DNA of 64,000 nucleotides from Chlorokybus atmophyticus (GCA_009103225.1 RHPI01002615.1:8328-72327), one strand, 5' to 3'; numbered from the stretch's first letter, positions 1 through 11,902 are shown. Notes: a model not told the origin generated them from the sequence alone. Made by a program: numbers and translations.

Positions 1-605
1 AAGTTAACAAGCCACTACTATAGGTAGTGCTGTTTACACAGTTCTTTGCGTGAGTGGGAGAGGGATTACACTGTTAAGTGAGGTGAATGAGCAAGCAACA
101 CGTGGATGCTATGCCCTGACTGATGCCAACAAGCACACCGCGACCAAGTACACAAAGCTCACAGCAAGAATAAGCACAGTGCACAAGAACATGCACAGGC
201 TCTCACACGGTGAGGGGATTCTTGGGAACCAGGACGGTGTGTTCGTAGTTCAAGTCGCTTCACAAGCTCTTAGCTTTCTCACTTACAGTGTCACCAGCTG
301 ATCCGGTGAACACTGTGCTTACTTATACAAGTCAACTCATGACTGTCCAGAACATAAGCTAACGGTCATATCGAGGCTATTTCCACAGGAAATGCCCACT
401 CGATATAGAACCGGACTTATAACTGAACTCACAACTGCACAGCTACGCGCGGTGCCTATGCAGGCTATGGTCACGAACTACTCTAGGGACATGACCTAGC
501 TACTGGTCAGAGGCGCACGCGGGTTGCCATGCTGGTAAGCCGGGCGAGGGTCTCGCTGTAGGCATGCCCGATGACGACTGGCATGCTGGGGCGATAGGCA
601 TGACA
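1..605 (-). mobile_element. LTR (5' ~600 bp, runs off the window), nested in the inverted retroelement arm
   Basis: Homology of the inverted pol arm to its partner stops abruptly at 606. 601-605 = TGACA, i.e. TGTCA on the minus strand (canonical LTR TG start). TATAAG on the minus strand at 322-327 is followed by TG-rich U5-like sequence. The other end and TSD are outside the window. Confidence 0.55.
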
Positions 606-3249
606 GTACTTCGAGAGCGCGTAAGTGCAAAAAGAGCAGTGCTACGACTTAGTGGATCCGCCACATTGGTGCGACCCGGACGGTATTGCCAAGTGAAAGT
701 GAAACGAGAAATGAATCCATTCCACCTAGCTTGCCGCCTCGACATGTTCTGTTGCGTATAAAAGAATGTGAGCGGGTTGTGATCAGTAATCACTGAAAAC
801 TCCACACCTTCCAAGTAGCAACGCCATGTGCGCAGCGCGTGCACCACCCCGAGCAATTCCTGCTCAGTGGTTGTATAATTACGTTCAGCAGGAATGAACT
901 TTCTACTTTCATATGCACATGATCTGTCATCCTGTAGACGGACTGCCCCACACCCAATGGAGGAAGCATCACTGATCACCACAAAAGGCTTGGTGTGGTC
1001 GGGGAAGGCTAACACAGGGGCTTGTGTTAATGCATCTTTCATGCGTGTAAAAGCAACCTCGAGTGCCTCCGTCCACACAAATTTAACACCCTTTCTGTGA
1101 CGGTGCTCGTGCCTTGTCACCTGTGAGTTGGTCCAATCCACAACCCTCTCACCAAGACACGGTATTCACACCGGAACCTTGCCCCCTCTGCCAAGCACAC
1201 ACGCGCGCCCCGCCACTCACGTACGCACGCGCATGCGCTCGAAGCTACACACCGACTTGTGTAGCGCCTTGGATCGTCACACAAGCAAGCACACACCAGT
1301 GGACACACGCTAGCAACCCCTTCTAGCCACCACCAAGCTTGCACACAAGAAACTAGGGAGCTAAAGGTTGTATTGCAAATTGTAGAATGTCACTTTTATA
1401 CCTACCAGCCCGCACATGCTACTGTCTAGACGACTCTAGCGCTAGACGGAACTAGAAGCCAAGATATAATTGCAGAATCTTGTACACTTCTAGACCTTTC
1501 CAACGCACCAACGATTTCTTAATTTGCTGCTCATATGGTCAAGTTATACTACTTGGCGCCAGGCCCTTCCAGAAATCTGGTCGAGCCCTTCTCGACTGGC
1601 CCTCCGTTTTTTGGCACCTTCCGGACTGGTCTTGGGGCCCCGGTCGATATCCGCGGCAGACTCATAAGTCGCCGATATCCGCCACAAGTCATAAAAAACA
1701 TGTACCTTACAAATAAGGCCTAAAACGGCCATGAAAATCACAGAATTTGGCCTTGACTGTTACACTTTCTTAGTAAAGATGTTAAAGGATTTGCCATGCT
1801 AGAATATGCTCGCATGAACTTACGGAAATAATTGGCTCGCCCCAAGAAAGCACGTAACTGATGTACATCCTTGGGTGGTGGCAAATCCTTCACCGCACAC
1901 ATCTTTGGAGGATCTGGTTTCCATCCTTCTTTGCCAATCACATGCCCTAAAAAGGGTAGTTCATCCTTTGCAAAGTTGCATTTAGACAGGTTGGCATATA
2001 ATTTGTGTTCGCGCAACTTAGCTAGAACCAATTCCACATGCTTGTAATGTTCCTCCCGGGTTTTTTTGAACACAATAATGTTGTCAAGATATACCAGTAC
2101 AAACTTATACAATTCATCAGCAAATACCGCGTTTATTGCTGCCTGAAATGTAGCTGGTGCATTTATCAACCAAAATGGTAACACTTTATACTCAAAGTGT
2201 CTTATTGGGGTGCGAATAGGAGTTCTTTCGTATATCTGATGGATGGATTTTGATTTGATGATAACCACTGGTCAAATCTAGTGTGCTGTACACTGTTGCA
2301 CCTGACAGCTTATCAAACAAATCATCAATCCGAGGCAAAGGGCATCTTTTTTTCACAGTTACCTTGTTCAACGCACGGTAGTCAATACACATGCATAGCT
2401 TGCCATTCTTTTCGGGCACAAACAAAATTGGTGCACCAAAAGGAGATATGCTCTTTGTTATCAAACCTTTGTCCAATAACTCTTTGAGCTGTTTTTCCGT
2501 TCCCGCGTGTTCTAAGAGACTTAGCCTATAAAAAGGCCGCCAAGGTGGCTTTGCCCCTCTTCCAACGGAATGGTATGATGTATGTTTTTATTAGGAGGCA
2601 ACTCCGGGAGTTCATCCCTGAAATACATCTACGTATTGTTTCGTAAGTGATTGCACCACAGGGTCACTTACAGCCTATTCAACAGGTGTCTCTATCATCG
2701 TGTCGTAAGTGCATAAAATATGCTTCCTCACGTTCACGCATGCAACGTTTCAGTTGCATAGCAGAGAGGAGCGGAACATCGTCGCGAGCAACACGTGCGA
2801 GTACAGGTGCGGTTAATGTCACCTTACGTTTACCCTTACGAAGGGTGCATGTATTTGCTCGAGAGTTCAATTGCAAACCTGCTTCGGTGTGCTACTGTTC
2901 ACCCAAAACAACATCCACCCTATATCCACCGCGATTAAAGTTGGTCGAGTCTTGTGGCTGTTAATAACAAAACGCCCCTTCACCTCCCCAATTGCATTGA
3001 GGGTGGAACCAGCAGCACGTACATACGACATTGTCACGAATTGGGATAAATTGCGACAGACCTCACTCATGGTAGTGTCTTTTACTACCATAGCCTAGTG
3101 GTCGGGCCCCAATTATTACAGACGTGACTGGTGTGAAAGGTATGTTATTACGTTTCACCCAAGCATGTTCAACAAAGTTATGGTTTGCACGAGTATCAAT
3201 CAATGATGTACATGGTATGCTCATCAGTCGACTCTCAAATCTCCATTTG
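606..3249 (-). mobile_element. Inverted partial copy of the Ty3/Gypsy pol region (protease-RT-RNaseH), pseudogenised
   Basis: Reverse complement of 4662-6625 once the 1096-1769 insertion is removed; 9 mismatches in the 360 bp I aligned (2871-3230 vs 4681-5040). Translated fragments include YLDNIIVF, FAKDELPFLGHVI and SDASSIGCGAV...NYTTTEQELLGVVHALRTWRCYLEG. Confidence 0.93.
1096..1764 (-). mobile_element. Solo LTR (669 bp) with 5-bp target-site duplication CTTTC
   Basis: Starts TGTGAC at 1096, ends GTTACA at 1764. CTTTC at 1091-1095 and 1765-1769. The segment is absent from the partner arm, which reads straight through at ~6135. TATAAAA on the minus strand at 1394-1400. Confidence 0.88.
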
Positions 3250-3409
3250 TGCAGCGTGAAACCTCAAATCGCTTGACGAAACAGGAGGTGATGGACCACT
3301 TTCTTGGCACCTATGATGACGAGCCTCGCGAGGCGATTGTCTCGCTCATCAACTTCCTCTTTCATGTGGCGGAAACGATCTCAAAGCTCACCATCTTTAT
3401 GGGGCGAGA

Positions 3410-4259
3410 TTGGGAAGGTTAATGGGTAAAGGCAAACGTGTTCTGAACATGATTAAGCGCCTTCGACGCTCTGACAGCGGTCCACCTGTTCAGGCGCTTG
3501 CTCGTCCTGCCGAATTTGTTCCTAACAAGCAAGCGGCAATTTTTGACTGGCTCGTGAAGCTGAGGCACTATGTCTCCCTTCAACTCCCTTCACATTTCTG
3601 AGGAGGGGAAGTTGCGTGTAGCTGAGTTGCTGATTCCAAACAATGCTCTGGCAGAGTGGTACCGCCGTAAGCAACATGATACGAACCTCGGGCGTGAAGT
3701 GAACCAATTGTGCTCTTTCATGGAGCAGCGCTATGGTGGCGCAGACCCTGCTCAGGTTGCTCGCAACCAGCTGCACAACCTGCGTCAGAACGAGCGTCCC
3801 GTTCAGCAATATATCCAGGACTTCTAGTCTTTTGTCAGCAAGATCAATGCTGGCAAACTACTCATTAGTGATGCTGATCAACTGGATATGTTTAGGCGTG
3901 TCTTGGACACAGATTGCGTGCAGCATGTGGCCGTCAACCCCGCGAGTTTGCAAGAGTGGGCCTCTACGGATTTACCAATGCTGATGCAGATGGTTGCTGC
4001 TGTGAACAATGTGAAGCGCTCTCACGCAAACATGCAAACCACATCAAAAGAGGCAGCCCCGGCTTCTGCGGCAAAGCGCCCGACCACTGACAACAAACTT
4101 TTTATGAAAAGGGCGAAAACATCTCAGCCTGCTGGCCCCTACAACGCGGCCAAATCCACCATCACTTGCAACTTCTGCAAGAAGACAGGTCATGGGGAGG
4201 CCAAGTGCTATGCAAAGCAAAATGCACAGAAGGCCAAGCAGCAGAAGGACAAGAAATAG
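3410..4259 (+). pseudogene. Retrotransposon gag with CCHC zinc knuckle (frameshifted)
   Basis: PAEF...DWLVKLRHY / EEGKLRVAELL...ALAEWY gag-like segments. C-X2-C-X4-H-X4-C knuckle CNFCKKTGHGEAKC in ORF 3888-4259. Confidence 0.8.
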
Positions 4260-4425
4260 GTTGTCCGTGGTTGGTAGCTTAGTCGAGCGGAACGACTTTA
4301 AAAACTCTGTACTTCTTGATAAAATTTCCTCTCTTTGTGATGTATCAGATGTATGGACTGATATGAGCACACCTGTGTTGACAAATGCAAACGGTTGTGT
4401 TTTAATCAATGTTCCGTTTTGAGAA

Positions 4426-7400
4426 TTGGAAACTGCAGTTAAGCACTTACATGAGTTGCAATTACAACGTGCTGTCACTGCATGTGTAGTTATCCCTCGA
4501 TATCATGGCCCGTGGTCGCGATTGTTGAAAGGGGGAGAAGTAATTATGCAACTCTCACGTAAAGATACAGGAACTTCACCGTTACAAGTGATCTTTATCA
4601 GACCTGCTACCAATCGCGGCACTCCGACATTAGCTACGATTGATGGTCACTCAGTGCCACTCAAATGGAGATGTAAGAGTCGACTTATGGGCACACCATG
4701 TACAACATTGATTGATACTAGTGCAAACCATAACTTTGTTGAACATGCTTGGGTGAAACGTAAGAACATACCTTTCACACCAGTCACGTCTGTAACAATT
4801 GGGGCCCGACCACTAGGCTATGGTAGTAAAAGACACTACCATCAGTGAGGTCTGTCGCAATTTATCCCAATTTGTGACAATGTCGTATGTACGTGCTGCT
4901 GGTTCCACCCTCAATGCAATTGGGGAGGTGAAGGGGCGTTTTGTTATTAACAGCCACAAGACTCGACCAACTTTAATCGCGGTGGATATAGGGTGGATGT
5001 TGTTTTGGGTGAACAGTAGCACACCGAAGCAGGTTTGCAATTGAACTCTCGAGCAAATACATGCACCCTTCGTAAGGGTAAACGTAAGGTGACATTAACC
5101 GCACCTGTACTCGCACGTGTTGCTCGCGACAATGTTCCGCTCCTCTCTGCTATGCAACTGAAACGTTGCATGCGTGAACGTGAGGAAGCATATTTTATGC
5201 ACTTACGACACGATGATAGAGACACCTGTTGAACAGGCTGTAAGTGACCCTGTGGTGCAATCACTTACGAAACAATGCGCAGATGTATTTCAGGGATGAA
5301 CTCTCGGAGTTGCCTCCTAATAGAAACATACATCATACGATTCCGTTGGAAGAGGGGCAAAGCCACCTTGGCGGCCTTTTTATAGGCTAAGTCTCTTAGA
5401 ACACGCGGGAACGGAAAAACAGCTCAAAGAGTTATTGGACAAAGGTTTGATAACAAAGAGCATATCTCCTTTTGGTGCACCAATTTGTTTGTGCCCAAAA
5501 AGAATGGCAAGCTATGCATGTGTATTGACTATCGTGCGTTGAACAAGGTAACTGTGAAAAAAAGATACCCTTTGCCTCGGATTGATGATTTGTTTGATAA
5601 GCTGTCAGGTGCAACAGTGTACAGCACACTGGATTTTACCAGTGGTTATCATCAAATCAAAATCCATCCGTCAGATATACGAAAGAACTCCTATTCGCAC
5701 CCCAATAAGACACTTTGAGTATAAAGTGTTACCATTTTGGTTGATAAATGCACCAGCTACATTTCAGGCAGCAATAAACGCGGTATTTGCTGATGAATTG
5801 TATAAGTTTGTACTGGTATATCTTGACAACATTATTGTGTTCAAAAAAACCCGGGAGGAACATTACAAGCATGTGGAATTGGTTCTAGCTAAGTTGCGCG
5901 AACACAAATTATATGCCAACCTGTCTAAATGCAACTTTGCAAAGGATGAACTACCCCTTTTAGGGCATGTGATTGGCAAAGAAGGATTGAAAGCAGATCC
6001 TCAAAAGGTGCGGTGAAGGATTGGCCACCACCCAAGGATGTACATCAGTTACGTGCTTTCTTGGGGTTAGCCAATTAATTTCGCAAATTTATGCGAGCAT
6101 ATTCTAGCATGGCAAATCCTTTAACATCTTTACCAAGAAAGGATGTTATATTTGTGTGGACGGAGGCACACGAGGTTGCTTTTACACGCATTAAAGATGC
6201 ATTAACACAAGCCCCTGTGTTAGCCTTCCCCGACCACACCAAGCCTTTCGTGGTGATCAGTGATGCTTCTACCATTGGGTGTGGGGAGTCCTTCTACAGG
6301 ATGACAGACCATGTGCATATAAAAGCAAAAAGTTCATTCCTGCTGAACGTAATTACACAACCATTGAGCAGGAATTGCTCGGGGTGGTGCATGCGCTGCG
6401 CACATGGCGTTGCTACTTGGAAGGTGTGGAGTTTTCAGTGATTACTGATCACAACCAGCTCACATTCTTTCATACGCAACAGAACATGTCGAGGCGGCAA
6501 GCTAGGTGGAATGAATTCATTTCTCGTTTCACTTTCACTTAGCAATACCGCCCGGGTCGCACCAGTGTGGCGGATCCACTAAGTCGTAGCGCTGCTCTTT
6601 TGGCACTTACGCGCTCTCGAAGTACGCGTAATATACAACAGCCTGAAGATTCTTTCCTGAAGGAAGTGTCCACAGGTTGTAATTCAGATGACTGCTTTAG
6701 CAGTGAAACCAACTTGCAACAGCTTACTGCTGTTAGCAATCTGTGGTATAAAAGGGAGCAATTGGCAATTCCCAACTCGGGCATTTTGCGTAAGTAATGC
6801 TGACATTCAGTGCATAACCCGCCGTATGCTGCGCATTTGGGGAAACACAAAACACTCAAAGCTGCGCAACAATTATACTGGTGGCCGTCAATGTTAGCTG
6901 ATGTGGATCAATATGTTTGCACATGTGACGTGTGTTTACGTAATAAGCCACTACGACAAAAACAAGCGGGATTGCTTAAACCAATAGTAATTCCAGAACA
7001 AAAGTGGGATAGTGTCAGTATGGATTTGATTACGGACCTACCTGAAACAGCAGCCAAATACACTGCTATTGTGGTTTTTGTCAACCGTTTGACCAAAATG
7101 GTGCATTTTGCCCCGTGTTGCACAATTGTGAGTGCACGGGACTTAGCACATTTATTTGTGTCCACGGTCTTTCGAGTTCGCGGTGTACCGCGTGAGCTTA
7201 TCACAGATCGTTATCCTCGGTTTGTCTCCAAGTTTTGAAGAGCAGTCTGTGAATTGTTGGGGGTAAAACAAAGCGTGTCGACTGCTTTCCACCCGCAAAC
7301 AGACGGACGAACTGAGCGAGCAAATCAAATACTGGAAGAAATGCTTCGCCACTATGTGGCTCCTAACCATGCTGATTGGGACAGGTACTTGCCAATGGCA

Positions 7401-8042
7401 AAGTTCGTTTTAAACAACGCGTGGCAGGAGAGTGTAAAGGAAACCCCATTTTTCTTGAATAATGGGATTCGCCTGAACACACCAGCGTTATTGCGTGTAC
7501 CTCGCAATGCTCTGACTGTACCAGCGGCAAAGGAATTTGCCACTGATATGCAGGAAAATTTGGCTCGAGCCAAGCTATGTCTGTTTGAAGCACGGGACAG
7601 GCAAAAAGCTTATGCCGATACACATCGTGGATTGGCCACTTCCGATGTCGGCGATAAAGTTTTGCTTAACACAAAGAACATAACCATCAAAGGTACGGAT
7701 GCTCGCAAGTTGCTGCCCCAATGGTTGGGTCCTTTCTCTATCACTGATAGAGTTGGTACGCACGCTTATCGACTGCAATTGCCCCCAAGTGTGCGTATAC
7801 ACAACGTGTTCCATGTGAACTTGTTGAAACCTTACCGCTCAGACGGTAGAACACAGCCTCCACCACCGCCAGTTGAGGTGGACAGCGAATACGAGGTGGA
7901 AGCCATTTTGAACTATAAGCTAAATAGTCGAGGACGCGCAACTCGCGATTTGGTGAAATGGCAAGGGTATGGCTCAGAATTTAACAGTTGGGAGCCCGAC
8001 AGGCATCTTATGCACTGCCGCGAGTTGCTTCGAGCTTATTGA
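4426..8042 (+). pseudogene. Retrotransposon pol (protease, RT, RNase H, integrase, chromodomain), fragmented
   Basis: Protease LIDTSANHNFV; [16 protein letters not shown] and YLDN (degenerate YxDD); RNase H SDAS/EQELL; integrase HHCC (HNPPYAAH...CDVC) and DDE (SMDLIT, ITDRY, TERANQILE); WLGPF motif; chromodomain EYEVEAIL...VKWQGY...SWEP. Confidence 0.93.
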
Positions 8043-8197
8043 GAGTCACGTCCTGTTCCGTAAACTGCGGGCTTGGTTTTATGACAGACTGGCAGTGCAG
8101 TTTCATTACCACCCTGTCATTTCCTGCTATCTCACTGGTTACAATTACTCGAAATGAAGCCTGATCAACTTGAGTTAAACGAGGACGTTGAAAACCT

Positions 8198-8210
8198 AAG
8201 TGGGGGGAAA
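8198..8210 (+). other. Polypurine tract of the chromovirus
   Basis: AAGTGGGGGGAAA immediately before TGTAAC at 8211. Confidence 0.85.
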
Positions 8211-8726
8211 TGTAACGGGAGCAATAATGGGGGCATTATTGCTACCTAAATAACACATTTTGTATGAATAAGTATCTAAATATGCTTATTTATACCTCTT
8301 TTCTACGGTTCCTCGCTTATTAAAGGCTATGATGCTCTTTCATAGCTTAAATAAGTCCCAATGGGTGTGGAACCGCTTATTCAAGCCTATTTAGTGTCAC
8401 ATTTAATAAATGTGGTCACTATCTCGTTAGGTACCTTACGATAGGTATCTTACAATAGGTACCTTATCGATAGGTACTTGGCTTACGCTAGATTTCCTAA
8501 CTACCCTATCTGTAGGGTCGATGTCTAGTTGTGAGTTAATTATCGAGAGGTATATATTTAATATACGCTTGATATAAAAGGTCACATCAAACTGATGAGG
8601 GACTTTCAGTTCTCTGCTCAGTGGCGGCCACGCCGCTGAAAGGCTTGTCATAGGCGGTGTGGGTGTTGGGGTAGAGGATTGAAGGGGCATCACCGGCGAC
8701 GGTGGTGCTGTTACCGCTGGGCTACA
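8211..8726 (+). repeat. 3' LTR of the chromovirus (right end uncertain)
   Basis: TGTAAC start directly after the PPT; TATAAAA at 8573-8579; candidate end GCTACA at 8721-8726. There is no 5' LTR in the window to confirm the boundary. Confidence 0.6.
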
Positions 8727-8905
8727 TAGCTCGCATTATCCGGGACGGTCTATGAGGCTGCCTTATAGACCGCAATGGCCAGTGCGGCCTATAAGGCGGT
8801 TTCCATTGGTTGGTTTGTACGCACTGAACAGTACGGCTTTTGATGAGTTCCGCGTGCCATGTGCGTGTGAACAAATGTGCCCCCCCCCTAGTGGCTTATT
8901 ACGTA

Positions 8906-9207
8906 NNNNNNNNNNNNNNNNNNNNNNNNNNNNNNNNNNNNNNNNNNNNNNNNNNNNNNNNNNNNNNNNNNNNNNNNNNNNNNNNNNNNNNNNNNNNNNN
9001 NNNNNNNNNNNNNNNNNNNNNNNNNNNNNNNNNNNNNNNNNNNNNNNNNNNNNNNNNNNNNNNNNNNNNNNNNNNNNNNNNNNNNNNNNNNNNNNNNNNN
9101 NNNNNNNNNNNNNNNNNNNNNNNNNNNNNNNNNNNNNNNNNNNNNNNNNNNNNNNNNNNNNNNNNNNNNNNNNNNNNNNNNNNNNNNNNNNNNNNNNNNN
9201 NNNNNNN
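8906..9207. other. Assembly gap (N run)
   Basis: Run of N bases. Confidence 0.99.
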
Positions 9208-9605
9208 TCCCCCCATCTCTTCAGAGACGTGCACATGCACACACGTAGAGCATGCGCGCACGCAGGTGTGTATACTGCCCCCCATGCTGCAAGCCGTTGC
9301 TGAAAAGAGCGAACCAGATTCCAATGCAAGCCTTTCTTTGCACACGCAAGCACTACCTCGCCTCAGCTGCTTCGCCAACCAATTCAAAAATGCGATGAGT
9401 GTGTATGTGCGCACGCGTATAAGCGAGCGTGCATGCATGCATGTGCATGCCTGGCGTGTGCAAGCACAATATGCACAAACTCATACCCACGGTGTCAAGC
9501 CTTTCCAATACATGCACGTGCAGGACCTGCACAGTAGCTAGGATGTGGCACTCAATGTATTGGGAAGAGCGGACATCTGGCTATGATAGCTATGCAACTT
9601 TGTGT

Positions 9606-9633
9606 TGTGTGTGTGTGTGTGTGTGTGTGTGTG
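9606..9633. repeat. (TG)14 microsatellite
   Basis: Perfect TG dinucleotide run. Confidence 0.95.
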
Positions 9634-11902
9634 ATAGAGTGTTCGATTGTTGAAGTGCATGCATGCTTACGCTTGTATACTGTAGGTGGGGTACTTAACT
9701 TGCACTAGGGTTTGAGTAGGTAGTTACCACTAGAGTAGTTGTTGGTTGATGTAGGTGCATATCAATTGTTAACGCTATACTAATCATGCAATCCACAGTG
9801 TTCATGTTAATTGATGTGGTTGTATTGTGTGCATGTCTGCCAGAGTTTCTATAGGCAACGTGAAGGCTAGCACTTTTTCTGGCATAAATATGCATGTCCT
9901 ATCTTCGTGGATTCATGGCCTGGAAAACGTCAGGCCATCAGTGTGCAGGGCGGCTGCTGAGAACGCCAAGGCTATGGCGACCTTCCATGCTTGCCTAGAA
10001 GCGACCAGCATGACCAGGCCAGCGGCGTGGCCTGGTGCTATTGGTATGGAGCACCAGGCCGCCCGACAGGCCACCAGCGGCGGCCTAACTGCGGTTAGCT
10101 GCAGCTTAATTGTTGCAGCTGACCACAGTTAGCCAAAACATAGTTGCAGTGCCGCAATTTTAACTGTTATCAGTTTTTTCTTTACACTGGTCCCGCAGCC
10201 GGCCATCGCTTACATTATGACAACCGATTAATGACCTGCGGTTAAGCGCCACACATGGTTTATGAAAAGCGCACCAGCCATAGTCCGTTGCCGACCATGG
10301 CTTCATTAACGTGCAAGATTTTTCGTCACATCAATGCTGGTCCGTGAACAAGACCACATTGGTTTAATAAATTTAGGTTTTCGACCGGCACCAACCCTGG
10401 CCCGGTTTTCGGGGGACCGTGCTCCAATTACGTACTGTTTGAACCAGCCCTGGTCCTCGCATATGGACCAAGGCGGGACGTTATAATGGGCTATCGGTCT
10501 CATCTTCAATCGTGCATGACATATACATGTCAAACAATGCTTGACGGTGCAAGTCGTAATGACCTTTGCATATATTATCATAAACAAGATTTGTTGATTA
10601 TCTAATGTTAAAATGAGACGATTGCTACAAGAAACACACATGCACATTCATACTTTACAGGCTGATATGTGTTAACACCAATGCGTACGCATGAAAGTTG
10701 CAATATAGCATAAACATATGCTTGACAATGAATATTTATAAAATATTTAATTATTAAATAATGCATAAATATCACGCAATGTAGGCTACACCAAATAATC
10801 TCATATTGACACATATACTCGGTGGTGTCCTTGTAATTTATACTTGGTTTTATACGCTCCGATGCAGAGCGTATAAAGAACCTCTGAGTTCTTTAAACAT
10901 GGTAATTAATCTACCACATTAGTCAACTCACATGAGTGAGTCCAATCTTGTTACTGAGCACCACTGACGAATCGTCAGAGTTGCTCTTCGGGATCATCAT
11001 CATCTTAATACGCAGATTGGCAATCTAAGATTGCGCATGCACCGTCAATGCATGGCTGCAGTGTAACAAGTAGAACTGCATCCGCTGCATCACTGGTACA
11101 CGAGGTGGTACGGTACCACTGGTACCCAGATGGACCATGTGTACCATTGGATCACAGGTACATCCTGCACTGGAGTACATAAAGCGTACCGTACTATTAA
11201 ACACATCTAGCATTGAGCAAAAGTACCGCTCGTCAAGCTTCCACGGTACCATAGAACACTGGCCGACTTGCGCGTCATCAATGTCAATCGGCACCTTCGA
11301 GTACATCGCAGGTACGTGTCCACGGTGTACTGGCCCCGCGCCGTGCCACCCCCCGTGGTGGCCCACTGGTGCTGGAAGCACTGGAAGGCCGTTTTTGACC
11401 CACGACAGACACGCGACCCGTCGTCCACTGCTGCTGGGTCCCAACGAGATTCCTCTGCCCTGCCCGCTCATCACATTTTGGCGCGAAAGACTTCCTGGCA
11501 TCCTCTGGGCTGGAAGAACACGTGCGTCTGGACGCTACGCCAATGACGCGTTCGTTAGGTAGTACCCTACCAAGTTCACATCATCCTTTCAGACCATAAG
11601 CACGTTATGTGAAATGAGACAGAACATGCGTACGTTATGGTGCTGGCAGCTCTTGGGCCACTACAAGAGGAGGGCACTCCGTAGCCTCAATGGCATTGTG
11701 TCCGTGTCCTCATAAGCGGATCTCTGGTGTGCGTACGTGCGGGAATCCGAGCTAGGGTTATTGGTATCCGCCGCCGCCACCACGGCCGCCTCCTCTACGC
11801 CCAGGATAGGCTGATTGGTGGTGGCAGAGTTGTGCACTTAAGGTGCGGTTGTCGAGAGAGAGCGTAGCAGCTACTTACTTGCATTTTCGGAGGTCTGCTG
11901 TG

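Larger units (their letters stand above)
3250..8726 (+). mobile_element. Ty3/Gypsy LTR retrotransposon, chromovirus type, 5'-truncated and degenerate
   Basis: Domain order gag-PR-RT-RH-IN-chromodomain, then PPT and a TG-starting LTR. Multiple stops and frameshifts. No 5' LTR or PBS; it begins inside gag-like sequence at the junction with the inverted arm. The right boundary is approximate. Confidence 0.92.

Noticed and set aside
8585-8650. CTGATGA...GAAA in the LTR suggesting a hammerhead ribozyme (retrozyme)
   Set aside because: Stems I, II and III cannot be built around the core. CTGATG pairs locally with CATCA, and TTTCAG pairs with CTGAAA instead.
8752-9541. Four long ORFs of 179-233 aa
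   Set aside because: Artefacts of translating through the N gap.
11025-11562. Overlapping 141-158 aa ORFs over the GTAC cluster
   Set aside because: No recognisable motifs or splice structure; open frames on both strands.
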